From a virus (lineage: Duplodnaviria > Heunggongvirae > Uroviricota > Caudoviricetes): DNA of 64,000 nt. This document shows positions 1-10,668 of this stretch, piece after piece; position 1 is the stretch's first letter, and each line of letters starts with the position of its first letter. The notes beneath the pieces are model-generated. The model made no database searches and was not told the origin of the DNA. It worked only from the letters and a program-made list of their open reading frames with translations. The DNA lies in IMG/VR virus record IMGVR_UViG_3300037882_002350, positions 18,999-82,998 of that record, one strand, 5' to 3'. A program made the translations under genes and the position numbers.

Positions 1-2022
1 AGTCCAGTAAAATAGCTTAATCTGTCACTGCCAAACATTCCCTCAACATCGTCAGTACCTACTATAGCATTTTTTGTGTCTTTAAAATCTCTTGCTGCTT
101 TAAGCTTAGTATAAGCCTCGGAAGTTTCTCTGATGGCATTTGATTGTATAGTTAGCTTTAGAGAAGCTTTCTGAGCTTCCGAAGCTACTGTAGCATTAAT
201 ACGAGCCATTTCAGCAAGGTAGCCATTAGTTTTACTAGCAATTGTATTGAGTTCTTCTAATGCTGACTCCATTGCTTTTGTTTTTTCTGACTTTAAAGAA
301 TCCCAGGCAATAGATGCAAGGCCTAACAACATTAATACAGTTCCGATTACTGGGATTGCGTTGAGCATTGCAACACCTGTTGCACGAGCAGCAAGACCTA
401 CTCCATAAAATGAGGTCTTAGTAACATTTAATGCAGGCACTAATGTTCTAGTCATAACGCTAGCATTTGTTAAAGAAGCTGCGGAACTTAGTTTTAGACC
501 TTGATGGTGCTGTAATGTAGCATCTTTTATACTAGTTAGAGACTTTCTGTACTCTCCATTTGCTGCAGCATTTAAAGCTGTAGATACAGACTCTTCTCGG
601 GCTGCTAGAGAAGCGGTTATGGCTGCTTGATTTTTTGCCTCTCTTACTCTTTTAGTGTCTTTAATCTCAGATTCTTCAGCCTTTCTACGAGCATTTTGAA
701 TTATAGAGACAGCCTGAGCCTGTTTTCTAGCATTTTCTATTTCTGCTAATTTGGCTTTACCGCGCTCAGTATCCTCCCCAAAAAGAGGATTATTTTTCAT
801 TAGTGCTTGATTAGCAGCTACGCTTCTATTCAAGCTAATTATAGCTTTAGTATATTCTCCAGGAGCAGCCGCTCCTGTTTTGATACTATTAGATAGTTGT
901 GCGTACGCCTTTGGCGCTTTATTACCTACATAATCTAAATTAGCTAGGTTGGATATTCTTTGCTCTTTTTGGGCTTTAACAAGATTACGAGCAGAAACAA
1001 CGTTAGCTTCTAACCCTTCTGCAGATTCTTTCAATTTTGCTGCTGATTTAGAAGCTGCACCAGCTGCATCTAACCAACCAGGTACTAACTGGTTTTTGAG
1101 TGTATTACCAAATAGAACACCAATACCAGAAAGTAGAAGCATAGAGTTAGACAATCCACCTGCTATAGGGGTTGCGATTATATTTACAAATTTAAAAACT
1201 TGATTGGTTAAGTCTACAAAAGTTGCAGCTAATTTATCATAATTAGTGCTATCTGCTGCTGCATCTGATATACCACCAAACTTAAGTTCAGCCTCTGCAA
1301 GAATTGCATTTGCAAATCCTTGACGTTTTTCGAAATTAGTAAGTTGACTTTCAGTTTTACCTAATTTTAGAGCATACGTCGCACTAGCTTCTCCAAGTTT
1401 GGTCATAAGACCTAATTCGTCAAGTAATTCAGGCTCTAACTTAACTATACCACGAGTAAGTCTCTCTAGCGCATCGGTCATATTTCGACCTAATGCGAAT
1501 GATGTATCTCTAGCCGCTTGTCCTAGTTTAACTACGGTAGAATTATCGAAACCGGCAGCCATAATTTGCGCCGTAGAGCGCATAGACTCTTCCGTGCTAA
1601 TTGCGTCTCCAGTTACTTCTCTTAATGCTTTTGCAGTATTTATAAGACTTCTACCTGTGCGAGTACCGGCAGCTTCTAATCCTCTAAAAATCTGCTCTAC
1701 TTGTGATGCGCCTCTAAGTGCCGTAAAAGCAGCTGTAACTGCAAATATATTAGCCGCCAATGTAGCATAGGCGCCAACAAGCCCGCTCGAACCATCATTT
1801 CCTATGGTTTGAGCGAGCTTGGAAAAACTTCTAGTTGAGTTTGCTGTACCTATAACACCTTTAGCTTGTGTTTTATATAGATCTTCAGATTCTTTGGCAG
1901 TTTGTTTATACTGTGTACCGGTCTTTTGAACAGCAGCACCTAGCTGGCGGATATTTTTTTCCGCCAGCTTTATGCCGCCTGCATCGGTAACTACAACTTT
2001 AATATTAAACTGATTATCAGCC
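1..2022 (-). CDS. tail tape measure protein, N-terminal ~674 aa (partial; gene continues beyond window start)
   Basis: Reverse-strand ATG at 2020-2022. The open frame runs to position 1 without a stop and translates MADNQFNIKVVVTDAGGIKLAEKNIRQLGAAVQ..., with Ala/Gly-rich helical repeats typical of tape measure proteins. It lies downstream of the tail tube and chaperone-like ORFs. Confidence 0.6.
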
Positions 2023-2065
2023 ATTTAACCTACTATAACTCTTTAAAGAGTCTTGGCCTATAAAT

Positions 2066-2437
2066 CTATTTTTTGGCCGTTCTTTTCAATCTATCCCTTT
2101 CGGCTTTTAAGGCACTCGCGGATTTTTGAATAATTTTAGAGTCTAGTCTTATAAGAGTCTCTAAAAATAATTTTTTATTCTCAACTTCATAAACATCCAT
2201 ATAAACTGGAAGTTGTGTATAATCTTTACCTAGATAACCTATATCTGGGTATATTCTATCACCTAATTTATTAAATAAAATCATTGCCTTCTGAACATCT
2301 ATAGGGAAATCATCTATCTCAGGTGGGATTTCGTCTTGTTCAGGCTCTTTATTAAGTTGCTCACACATATTGATGTATTTTTCATAGGTCATTTTGGCTT
2401 CAAAGTTATTTTGATACCGCTCCAGCCTTTGCCACAA
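2066..2437 (-). CDS. tail assembly chaperone-like protein (overlapping downstream ORF, possible frameshift extension)
   Basis: 123-aa ORF overlapping the 3' end of 2406..2855. Its frame is +1 relative to the upstream ORF. An internal ATG lies 13 nt after the upstream stop, so it could also be a separate gene. Confidence 0.3.
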   Translation of the reverse strand: MWQRLERYQNNFEAKMTYEKYINMCEQLNKEPEQDEIPPEIDDFPIDVQKAMILFNKLGDRIYPDIGYLGKDYTQLPVYMDVYEVENKKLFLETLIRLDSKIIQKSASALKAERDRLKRTAKK

Positions 2438-2855
2438 CTCCTCTGTCTGTTGGTGTACGAAAGTTGTCTAAGTCAAAGACCACCGCATTTAACCAAGTAT
2501 CAAAATCAGATGAATTAGTTACTAGAAGCTCTGCTGCTTCTGGATCGAATGGTAGTTCTTGTTCTGGATCTTGTTTAGAAGTATCTACCAACATCAATTC
2601 TTCTAAATACTTCAGCTTTAACCCCTTCCAGCCTTTTACAGTTTCTTTTGTAAATTCTGAAATAAACTTCTTCTCATTTAACTCTTCGTAAGGTACTTTA
2701 CTTTTTCTATCGAATTTTGTTTCTATGCAGCTTTTACGTAGCGACATAAGGCGCTCTCTACCTAGATTTGTTACCTCTACTTCGAAGCCGTCTAGTCCAG
2801 GATAGCTAATCCACGCACTCTTGGTATCTACCATTAATGATTTTAGTAAACTCAT
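2406..2855 (-). CDS. tail assembly chaperone-like protein (upstream ORF of overlapping pair)
   Basis: 149-aa ORF directly upstream of the tape measure, in the position of phage gpG-type chaperones. Its last 32 nt overlap the next ORF in another frame. Confidence 0.4.
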   Translation of the reverse strand: MSLLKSLMVDTKSAWISYPGLDGFEVEVTNLGRERLMSLRKSCIETKFDRKSKVPYEELNEKKFISEFTKETVKGWKGLKLKYLEELMLVDTSKQDPEQELPFDPEAAELLVTNSSDFDTWLNAVVFDLDNFRTPTDRGVVAKAGAVSK

Positions 2856-2886
2856 GTTAAATTATTACTCCTTAAATTGGCACTAG

Positions 2887-3798
2887 TTAGTGCAAATGTT
2901 TTATTACTTGTGTTATGTCTGCGGGGGTTGTATTCATTTTAAAGTCAAAACTTTGTATAAATACTTCTTGTACATCTAATCTATTTGTGTAAACTATAGA
3001 TGGTATGTCAAATTCTAAAATAGGGCTACTACCTAAGTTACCTACTAGTATATTTAGGTCGTCTCCTATCTTCCAACTATTAACGGTGTCGCCGTTTTCA
3101 TCTGTTATGTATTGCTGAACATTTCCAGATAAAGTTCTGGACTGAACGACAAAAGCCTCTGGGAACTGGGTTCCAGAGGCGTCTATAATTCCGATACTGT
3201 TATGTAGGGTGTCGTTCTGTATCCACTCTATATTATTTTTTAGCTCTATAGATACATTTGTTATGTTTTCTAATGTTACTCCACCTAAAACAACATTTAG
3301 GGAAGTAGGAGCGCTATAAGTTAAAGTGCTTGAACGACTTTGTAAGGTTCCTGGGATTGTACCAATAAATTTACTTAATTTAGCAGCACTTCCAGATATA
3401 TTTAATAGTATTAAAGAGTTGCGAGCAATTTGAAACACTCCAGTTTCTATCGCTGCCTTTTCTAATTTATATATTTCCGAATTACTTTCTACATACAGAT
3501 CGGCGGTTTTGACGCTCGCCTCAATATTACCAATGTCATAATCTAGTAATAAGTCCGTTATAATATTAAAGTCATTTTGTAATATTAAAGGAATCGTAAA
3601 ACTAAAATTAGCTGGATTTGCTTTTGTTATGACTGCATTTTCAAACATATTAAACTGCGAATGCAAGGTTTTTACCGGCACGTCCGTCTCATTAAATGTT
3701 TGCGAAAAGTTTAAATCAGGGTATATATCTATTAAATATTTTAGACCGTTTCTGACAATATATAGTTTTGTCTCTTTTTTTAAATTATATGTTGCCAT
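2887..3798 (-). CDS. tail structural protein (hypothetical, tube-associated)
   Basis: 303-aa ORF between the tail tube and chaperone genes. Ser/Thr/Asn-rich beta-rich composition. Confidence 0.3.
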   Translation of the reverse strand: MATYNLKKETKLYIVRNGLKYLIDIYPDLNFSQTFNETDVPVKTLHSQFNMFENAVITKANPANFSFTIPLILQNDFNIITDLLLDYDIGNIEASVKTADLYVESNSEIYKLEKAAIETGVFQIARNSLILLNISGSAAKLSKFIGTIPGTLQSRSSTLTYSAPTSLNVVLGGVTLENITNVSIELKNNIEWIQNDTLHNSIGIIDASGTQFPEAFVVQSRTLSGNVQQYITDENGDTVNSWKIGDDLNILVGNLGSSPILEFDIPSIVYTNRLDVQEVFIQSFDFKMNTTPADITQVIKHLH

Positions 3799-3891
3799 TT
3801 TAGTACCTCTAGATATGATAGAGGGAGCATAAAGCCCCCTCTATTTCTTGTAGTATAGACACTCTGCACCAAAAAGTCAAGAACTTTTTGT

Positions 3892-5034
3892 TTAGACGCC
3901 TACGTATGTAACCTTCGAGATTTCATCTGTTCCACTAATAGTTGATGGTAGGGCTTTAAATTCAACACTTGTAGCAATAACATCACCGAGATCAAATGTA
4001 GGTAAGGACAAGTGGGCTTGCGGGATTTTGAATTGAATACCAGGACCTACAGGCGCGTCACCTGCTGCCTTACCGCCTACATAAAAATCTAGAGCAAACT
4101 TATTAGTTATAGCCGTAGTTGCTAATGATAGATCTTCGAATAACTCAATAGTACCATTGGTTTTTTCATCTAGATAAGCCGTGAAGTTACCTGTAACCGC
4201 TCGAGTTCCTGTTACGTGTCCTAAAGGTTGATTTACTCGACCTAGAGTTTCCGGAGTTAAGAATGTGATACCGTTATTCAAAGTTATGGAGCCACCTGTT
4301 AATGTAATCGCATAAGTCTTAGAAGAACCTGATACGGAGCTTACAGCTGTAAGCTGCGTTAGTCTATTTCTAATAAAGTTGGTTGTTAAGTTAATACCTG
4401 CAACAATAGCAGCACTCGCATCAAACGAAGCAACTTCTGTTAAGGTGCCACCAAATCCAGACCAAGATAGCATTGTAATACCATCTATGTCAAAAGAAAT
4501 AGAAACTTCGTTAGCTACAGCATTTGTTACCTTATATATTGTGGTATCACCATCAGCAGCATAGTTTAGACCTGAAACGCTTGTTGCACCCAAAACATAG
4601 TATATGTTATAAGTACCTAAAAGTATCTTGTTGGAACCTGTGAAGTCAATATCTAGTGTTGTTGCACCTAAAGTAACTCCAGTTGTCCAAGCAGGAGTTG
4701 CTGGATTGTAAGAGTTGTTTGCTACAAAATTTGCCCAAAGGACTTCCTCTACAGCTCTCATACGATTAGGTGAACCTGTTACTAGGAAAGGTCTAACGTA
4801 AGTATCAAAACTCCATTCAGCAGGTGCTAAAGAGTCGGTGAATATTTTACTACCGCGTCTGCTTGTACCTGCAGAGTCAGACATTTCTGCCAACGTTACT
4901 TCACTAGTATTAGTAGCTTGGCTAAAGCTGTAGCCGTTTAGAACTGGGATTTCCCAAATATTAGAACCTTGCTCAATAAATACGCGTGTATCGCGATTAA
5001 AGAATAAATTAGAGGTTCCTGATGCAATTGGCAT
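3892..5034 (-). CDS. major tail (tube) protein
   Basis: 380-aa Thr/Gly/Ser-rich beta protein. It sits after the neck genes and before the chaperones and tape measure. The C-terminal stretch is Ig-like. Confidence 0.45.
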   Translation of the reverse strand: MPIASGTSNLFFNRDTRVFIEQGSNIWEIPVLNGYSFSQATNTSEVTLAEMSDSAGTSRRGSKIFTDSLAPAEWSFDTYVRPFLVTGSPNRMRAVEEVLWANFVANNSYNPATPAWTTGVTLGATTLDIDFTGSNKILLGTYNIYYVLGATSVSGLNYAADGDTTIYKVTNAVANEVSISFDIDGITMLSWSGFGGTLTEVASFDASAAIVAGINLTTNFIRNRLTQLTAVSSVSGSSKTYAITLTGGSITLNNGITFLTPETLGRVNQPLGHVTGTRAVTGNFTAYLDEKTNGTIELFEDLSLATTAITNKFALDFYVGGKAAGDAPVGPGIQFKIPQAHLSLPTFDLGDVIATSVEFKALPSTISGTDEISKVTYVGV

Positions 5035-5096
5035 TTAATTCTCCTACAAACTTGAAAAACTACTAATCTTGAACCTTTGCTCTTGTTAGTTTGTTT

Positions 5097-5552
5097 TCAG
5101 TATCTTATTTGAAGTAAGATTTCTCCTACTCCTAGAGGGCTTAAAACACCCTCGTCTGTTTCTATACTCGTAATTGTTATATCGTGAGTTGTGTGTGAAG
5201 CTCCTGAAGCGTCTTGATAAGCCAACCTGCCGTTTTGTTCTACTACAGTTTCAATGTCTTCGAGGAGCTTCTCTAAGCTTAGTGCTGAATCTTCATCTTT
5301 AACGTAGCATCTGACAGTAACCGTAAGGAAACGATCTTTATAACCACCACCTTGATATTGTCTAGTCTCTCTACCTACAGCTAAATGTATAGCAGGGTAT
5401 TCCGATACTTCATCCCAGAAAAGTAGTCTAGGGTGTACGTTATTTTCTAAGTTGGACCAGAAAGACTCTGTTCCGTTTATTTGTTTCAGGGCTTCAGCAA
5501 GCGATACTAGTATACTAGCTCTTTTACTTGTATAAAATCTTTCATTACCCAC
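5097..5552 (-). CDS. tail terminator / tail completion-like protein (hypothetical)
   Basis: 151-aa ORF in the head-tail joining position. Confidence 0.3.
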   Translation of the reverse strand: MGNERFYTSKRASILVSLAEALKQINGTESFWSNLENNVHPRLLFWDEVSEYPAIHLAVGRETRQYQGGGYKDRFLTVTVRCYVKDEDSALSLEKLLEDIETVVEQNGRLAYQDASGASHTTHDITITSIETDEGVLSPLGVGEILLQIRY

Positions 5553-6389
5553 TTATATTCTCCTAGTATAAAATCTTCCAATAGCCATATCTTTAGCTAT
5601 GTCCCTTATAGACTTATCTATAAGCTTTTTGGGGTCTCTTCCTGGAGTAGCCCATGGAAGCGACCCTATAACAGGATCAAATACATCATAAGGAGCTCTT
5701 TGATAAGTATATAATAATCTAGGGTAGCCTTGCGGAGTATTCTCTACTCCCGCGACTCTAACACTTTCCGAAAATCTGCCTGTTCTGTTAAATAGAGCCC
5801 CGTTTTGACCCATATTAGCTCGAACGGCTGGAGGCAGTTTTGCATTTATTAAAGATATTAATGAAATATCAAACTCCGAAGAGTCTTTATTTTCTGTAAC
5901 TCTGTTAGCTAGTTCCCCGCGCCGAATAGTAGTAGATACCTTAGAAGCTTTTCTACTTCCAGATGTGGCCCTACTTTTACCTCCAGCAGAAATTACCGCT
6001 CTACTTAAGTCTTTAGCTACGTTGGTAAGAAATGAATCTTCGCCGCCATATCTAATCCAATCAGTTTCGTTTAAAAACTGCTGTAAAGCTCGTCTAGTGC
6101 TTTCTTTAAATACCTTATTGCTTATAATAGTATCTTTTTCAGGAGTTACTGTTAGTGTTGTACTTTTAGATGGTCCCATCCATCTGGAAACCAATTGTAG
6201 TCTTGCCAGTACACCCGCGGCCTCGTACACATCTCTATTGTTTAATAGAGGTGAAGAATTGCCTGTAACTTCTTCCGATATACTTCTTAGGTTATTAGGT
6301 CTTTCTTTAAAAGATTTATACCAGTCTGGATCAGTAACAAGCAGACTTTTTGCGGTCTGAACTAATTTTGTTAAGTTACCTTTTGACAT
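5553..6389 (-). CDS. neck / minor structural protein (hypothetical)
   Basis: 278-aa ORF abutting neighbouring ORFs in the structural operon. Confidence 0.3.
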   Translation of the reverse strand: MSKGNLTKLVQTAKSLLVTDPDWYKSFKERPNNLRSISEEVTGNSSPLLNNRDVYEAAGVLARLQLVSRWMGPSKSTTLTVTPEKDTIISNKVFKESTRRALQQFLNETDWIRYGGEDSFLTNVAKDLSRAVISAGGKSRATSGSRKASKVSTTIRRGELANRVTENKDSSEFDISLISLINAKLPPAVRANMGQNGALFNRTGRFSESVRVAGVENTPQGYPRLLYTYQRAPYDVFDPVIGSLPWATPGRDPKKLIDKSIRDIAKDMAIGRFYTRRI

Positions 6390-6390
6390 A

Positions 6391-6963
6391 TTAAATCTTG
6401 TAGTAATCTAAAATAGCTCTCACATGAGGAGGTAAATCAGCAACCCCAGTTCCGGATGTTATGATTGTAGCACCTTGCATAGACCTATTAGGTAGAAAAC
6501 CTTTATCCCTATAATAATTGACTAACTCTATTGCAGCTAGCTTTAGTTCTGCTGGAGTATTAGAATCTGTGTATCCACCTACGTATGTTACTTTAACAGT
6601 AGTAGGACTAATTGGCCAGCAAGAAAATCCGCTTCCTGCAATTCTAAGTATAGAATCTCCGTCTAATACATAATCTGTACCTACCTGCAAAGGTATATGA
6701 ACAGTGCTACCATAAGAATAACGATCAGGTTCTTCTACAGATATTAAATTAGTTATAGGATAGTACTTAGGCCACAGTCTATCAGTATCGTAGTCTACAC
6801 TAATGTATTCCACTATAGGAGACACTGGAGGTGCAAATATGGAACCAAGATAGGTTTTGATTAAATTACTGGCAGATTCTATAAGTAATGTGAATTTAAC
6901 GTCCTGATCAGTTTTGATCAGTCCTTCGTAATTCTTATATTCTTCGAGTGTTATTATGCTCAT
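6391..6963 (-). CDS. head-tail adaptor / head completion-like protein (hypothetical)
   Basis: 190-aa ORF immediately downstream of the capsid gene. Confidence 0.3.
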   Translation of the reverse strand: MSIITLEEYKNYEGLIKTDQDVKFTLLIESASNLIKTYLGSIFAPPVSPIVEYISVDYDTDRLWPKYYPITNLISVEEPDRYSYGSTVHIPLQVGTDYVLDGDSILRIAGSGFSCWPISPTTVKVTYVGGYTDSNTPAELKLAAIELVNYYRDKGFLPNRSMQGATIITSGTGVADLPPHVRAILDYYKI

Positions 6964-7009
6964 AATTTAACCAAAACCTTGGGTGGGGCTATTAACCCCA
7001 CCCAAAATA

Positions 7010-8995
7010 TTAAGATGCTGGGAATCTAAGACCTACAACAGACTTAGCGTCTGGAATAATTTCATCAAAGCCAAGACGTTGGCTAGATACTAGCACAGTT
7101 CGCTGATTTTCAGTCTGGTATTCGCTTTCGATTGTCATACCACGTAGACGTGGAATTACGAAGTTACGACGATTTAGAGCAAGAGCAAAGTAGTTATTTG
7201 CACCTGCTGGAGCAAATTCATCACACATAATAACGGAAGAACCGTATAGACGTCCAACTTCACCTGTAAGCTTGTTTGCATTTTGTGCACCAACCAAATC
7301 AGCGTCAGCAAATTCAGGGTCTTCAATTAGCTGGAAGTACGCGTCTTGTGAAACGATATAAACTACATCACGAGGATCCAGACCGTATTTACCCATTGTC
7401 TTACGAAGACCAAACAAACCAGCGCCTGTAAGCTGTGTGCTCAAGCTTGCTGCTGTAACAGTACGGCTGTTAGTAGCTGCAAAATTTAGAAGACCTTTAG
7501 CTGCACCAGAAGTGTATACACCTTGGTTAGTGTTACCTGCAAGAAGCATGTTTTCAACACCTCGAGCATGGGTTCTTTGCATAGATTCTCTAATCAGAGG
7601 TAAAATAGGAAGAATTGCGTCTTCTTCTGTTTCATTACCTAGATAAGCTTTGGAAATCATCTTTACAGTGCTTAGAGTTTTCTCTGTAAGTGTGATACCA
7701 CCATAAGGTGAACCAAAAGCAGCTCCTCTAGCGTCAATGTTACCATTAGGCTGAGTTCCTGCAGCTGTTGTAGCAGAAGTAATTTCTGCGTATCCAGCGT
7801 CCGGCATGATTGGGAAAGTCATTTGAGCGCTGTTCATGTTAATCTCTCTAAATAGAGGAGCAAGAATTAAGCTATTCCAAATGTCTCTTTCAATATTAGT
7901 GCTGATAATTGTTTCAAGATTATCATTACCAGTGCTTACTGTTGAGTGTGTGTTAAACTTTTCTAGAACGCCTTGACCAAACTTAGTTGAGTCAATTCCG
8001 CCCTTACGAACAGCTTTTGCAAGAATGAAAGCGTCTTCTGCTTCACGCATCAAACCTTCATTTTTGAAAGGATCTGAAGTTTTATCGCTAAAGTTTCTTT
8101 TTGATTCTGTGAACGCTTTAAGTTCCGCACTCTTAGCTTCTAGATCATCTTTCATTTGAGCAATGGTCTTTTCCAAGTCTTCGTTGTTTGATTTTAGCTT
8201 ATCGCCAAATTCAGCAAGTAGTTTTTCTTCAAGACCTTTAGTTGCTGCTTGAGCAGCTACTTTAGTAGCTTCTACTGCGGCTTCTTTCTCTGCACGTTCT
8301 TTAGCAGCTTTTTCTTCTGCTTCTTTTTGCTCTTTCATTTTTTCTGCAAAAAGTTTTTCCGCTAGAGCCTTTACTTCTTCTTCATTCATTGTTTTATTCT
8401 CCGGAGGTACTTCAGTACCGGACTTGAGCGAGTCGATTTCTGAGTCTAATGCATTTACATTTTCTTCAGCAGAGTCATTCTGGCCCTTTAAAGCATTTGT
8501 TTCTATGTTAAATTTATTACGGTCTAAGTCGTTTTCAAAAGATTTGGAAACGCTAAAGACTGCTGCCTGATTACAAGGAACTGAAACAACCGATACTTCT
8601 AGTAATTCTGCGTCTCTAATAATGTAACCATCTGTTGTTTGGTTGTAGTCTGCATCTTTAATCATAAAACCTACAGAAAAAGTACTAAGTACTTCATCCT
8701 TAATTAGGCCATAAGTTTCTCCTGCAGATTTACTTATTTCACATTCAATTTTAAGACCTTGGGCATCTACTTCTAGTTTTGTTGCCCGTCCTATAGGTTT
8801 GCTGTAATTATGATTAAACAAGATTATGGGATTTTTTTGATAGTTTTCTAAACCACCTTTAACCCAAGCATCTGGAATAATTACATCACCTGCTCGGTCT
8901 GTATCGGCTGTGCTCGCATAACCTAATATCTTAAGTTTATCTCCATCTTCCGATATAGACTTAATACGAGATTCTAGTGTAAATTTACGAGCCAT
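7010..8995 (-). CDS. fused prohead protease - scaffold (delta-like) domain - HK97-fold major capsid protein
   Basis: 661 aa. The N-terminus (GYASTADTDRAGDVIIPDAW...) matches the HK97-family (S78) prohead serine protease. The middle is a Glu/Lys/Ala coiled coil (EEKAAKERAEKEAAVEATK). The C-terminal ~300 aa look like a capsid shell domain. It sits directly downstream of the portal. Confidence 0.6.
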   Translation of the reverse strand: MARKFTLESRIKSISEDGDKLKILGYASTADTDRAGDVIIPDAWVKGGLENYQKNPIILFNHNYSKPIGRATKLEVDAQGLKIECEISKSAGETYGLIKDEVLSTFSVGFMIKDADYNQTTDGYIIRDAELLEVSVVSVPCNQAAVFSVSKSFENDLDRNKFNIETNALKGQNDSAEENVNALDSEIDSLKSGTEVPPENKTMNEEEVKALAEKLFAEKMKEQKEAEEKAAKERAEKEAAVEATKVAAQAATKGLEEKLLAEFGDKLKSNNEDLEKTIAQMKDDLEAKSAELKAFTESKRNFSDKTSDPFKNEGLMREAEDAFILAKAVRKGGIDSTKFGQGVLEKFNTHSTVSTGNDNLETIISTNIERDIWNSLILAPLFREINMNSAQMTFPIMPDAGYAEITSATTAAGTQPNGNIDARGAAFGSPYGGITLTEKTLSTVKMISKAYLGNETEEDAILPILPLIRESMQRTHARGVENMLLAGNTNQGVYTSGAAKGLLNFAATNSRTVTAASLSTQLTGAGLFGLRKTMGKYGLDPRDVVYIVSQDAYFQLIEDPEFADADLVGAQNANKLTGEVGRLYGSSVIMCDEFAPAGANNYFALALNRRNFVIPRLRGMTIESEYQTENQRTVLVSSQRLGFDEIIPDAKSVVGLRFPAS

Positions 8996-9004
8996 TTAGT
9001 AGCC

Positions 9005-9469
9005 TTAAGCCTTTTTTTCTGTTTTAACAGAAGTTGCTTCTACTTTCGTAGGTTCTACCTTTGCAGGTTCTGTTTTTTCTGCGTTTGCAGCAGCTTTTAC
9101 AGCGTTAATAGTTTCTGGATTTGCAGCTGCCAATGCTAGCTCTTCAGCTTTTGCATTTGCGTCTGCTTCTGCCGCTACTTTAGCTTCCAAATCCTCTCTG
9201 ATAGCTTGTGCAGCTTTAAGCTCGTCTAAAGCTTTTGCATTTGCTTCAGCGATAACTTCATTAACATTAGTTGTAGGTTCTGGTGCGGATCGCGCTTCTC
9301 TTGCCATTAATAATTTCTCCACTCTGTTCCAGCTTCCAAAGATATTACGAACTTGTTGTAATCGTATAGGAGTATCCGTTTCACGAGCATACTCGTTAGA
9401 CTTCATAATCCGTCCTTTATCTTTAAAATACTGATCTAAGGTCTCCAAGACCTTGGTTCGATTTGCCAT
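9005..9469 (-). CDS. hypothetical head protein with Ala/Glu/Lys-rich low-complexity tail
   Basis: 154-aa ORF between portal and capsid. The C-terminal half is an AEAK-type repeat. Possibly a scaffold or decoration protein. Confidence 0.3.
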   Translation of the reverse strand: MANRTKVLETLDQYFKDKGRIMKSNEYARETDTPIRLQQVRNIFGSWNRVEKLLMAREARSAPEPTTNVNEVIAEANAKALDELKAAQAIREDLEAKVAAEADANAKAEELALAAANPETINAVKAAANAEKTEPAKVEPTKVEATSVKTEKKA

Positions 9470-10668
9470 TAAACTTCCTCTTTTTTAGGTGGTCGCCCAC
9501 CTTCGTTAGGGTTTGCTGCGCTTCCAGCTATATTTGCCGGAATACGTATATCATCATGTCCTTCGAGGGGTTCTCGGCCTAGCTCAATACGAGCCTCATT
9601 GGCGGTAATAATACCCCCATTAACTAAAGATGCGTAATAGGATGCTTGGTCTGATAGTTCAGGTCTTAAAGCTTCTATATACGTTGTATCTTCATAAATT
9701 TCAAAACCAAAAAATCTTTGAAAAGCAGAATTTATCTTGTTAACTATCGGAACAATAGCCTCTAAATAAAATAATCTATGATTTGGTCTTATGTTAGCGT
9801 TGTTTCCTGTATCTAGTAAGATAGGTGGGACTCCGAGCGCTTTTAAGATTGTTTCTTCACACTTAACAATAGCGTTCTCAAAATCAAGCTCTTTAAAACT
9901 AATGTTGGAAATATTATCTATTTCTAGTCCACCATCAAGAATTATAGGTCTTTTACCGCCTGAACCTGGTCTATATTTTTTAGCCCATTCATCAGTAAGT
10001 CTTTTCTTAAGCCGTTCGTTTAAGGTATTTTCTGTTTTTAATACTAAACCCGGTACCGCGCCGTTCTTAAAAAAGTTATCTTGAAAGTTACGCATTTCTA
10101 TAACTAGGCGCATTGTTCTCAACGCGGGCTCTAATCTAGAACTTCCTCTATATATAGACTTATAACTATTATCTTTTATGTGTATTATCTCTTCTGGTTT
10201 GAATTTTTGTCCGTCATCAAACTCATAGTGGGATACGTAAGTTCTAGCATCTGCGACAATGGTAACTTTCTGCGCTGGCAGTTGATACATATGTGCGCCA
10301 TCAAAATATATAAAGATATTACCTTCTAGAAGTAGATCCATTATAAGGTCTCTACGAAAGGAATCTATATCCTGAAACGGATTAGGTTCATTATTAAGAA
10401 GCTTCTCTAAAGTTTTTTTCCTAATATTTACGAATCTAGATGTATTTAACTGGCCTCCGACTTTATTTTTTATAGCCGCCACGTCATCAACTAGCATATT
10501 TACTGCTCTATTTACTACTTCCAACTGTTCGTAACATTGCTGGTGCGAATAAGTCTTAGTAGTACTAGAAACAGTTTCTTTACCACCATTACTTAAATAA
10601 GCCTGGGCAGGATTTAGTTTTTCTACTGTCCATTCAATTAAGCCCATGCTTTCCTCGCTGTATTTCAA
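9469..10668 (-). CDS. portal protein
   Basis: 399-aa ORF immediately downstream of the terminase and HNH genes and upstream of the protease-capsid gene. Size and position fit a portal. Confidence 0.55.
   Translation of the reverse strand: MKYSEESMGLIEWTVEKLNPAQAYLSNGGKETVSSTTKTYSHQQCYEQLEVVNRAVNMLVDDVAAIKNKVGGQLNTSRFVNIRKKTLEKLLNNEPNPFQDIDSFRRDLIMDLLLEGNIFIYFDGAHMYQLPAQKVTIVADARTYVSHYEFDDGQKFKPEEIIHIKDNSYKSIYRGSSRLEPALRTMRLVIEMRNFQDNFFKNGAVPGLVLKTENTLNERLKKRLTDEWAKKYRPGSGGKRPIILDGGLEIDNISNISFKELDFENAIVKCEETILKALGVPPILLDTGNNANIRPNHRLFYLEAIVPIVNKINSAFQRFFGFEIYEDTTYIEALRPELSDQASYYASLVNGGIITANEARIELGREPLEGHDDIRIPANIAGSAANPNEGGRPPKKEEV

Noticed and set aside
949-1770. Plus-strand ORFs 949..1203 and 1399..1770
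   Set aside because: They lie antisense within the long minus-strand tape measure frame. They are Ala/Ser-rich low-complexity translations of the opposite strand of an Ala/Gly-rich gene and have no RBS.
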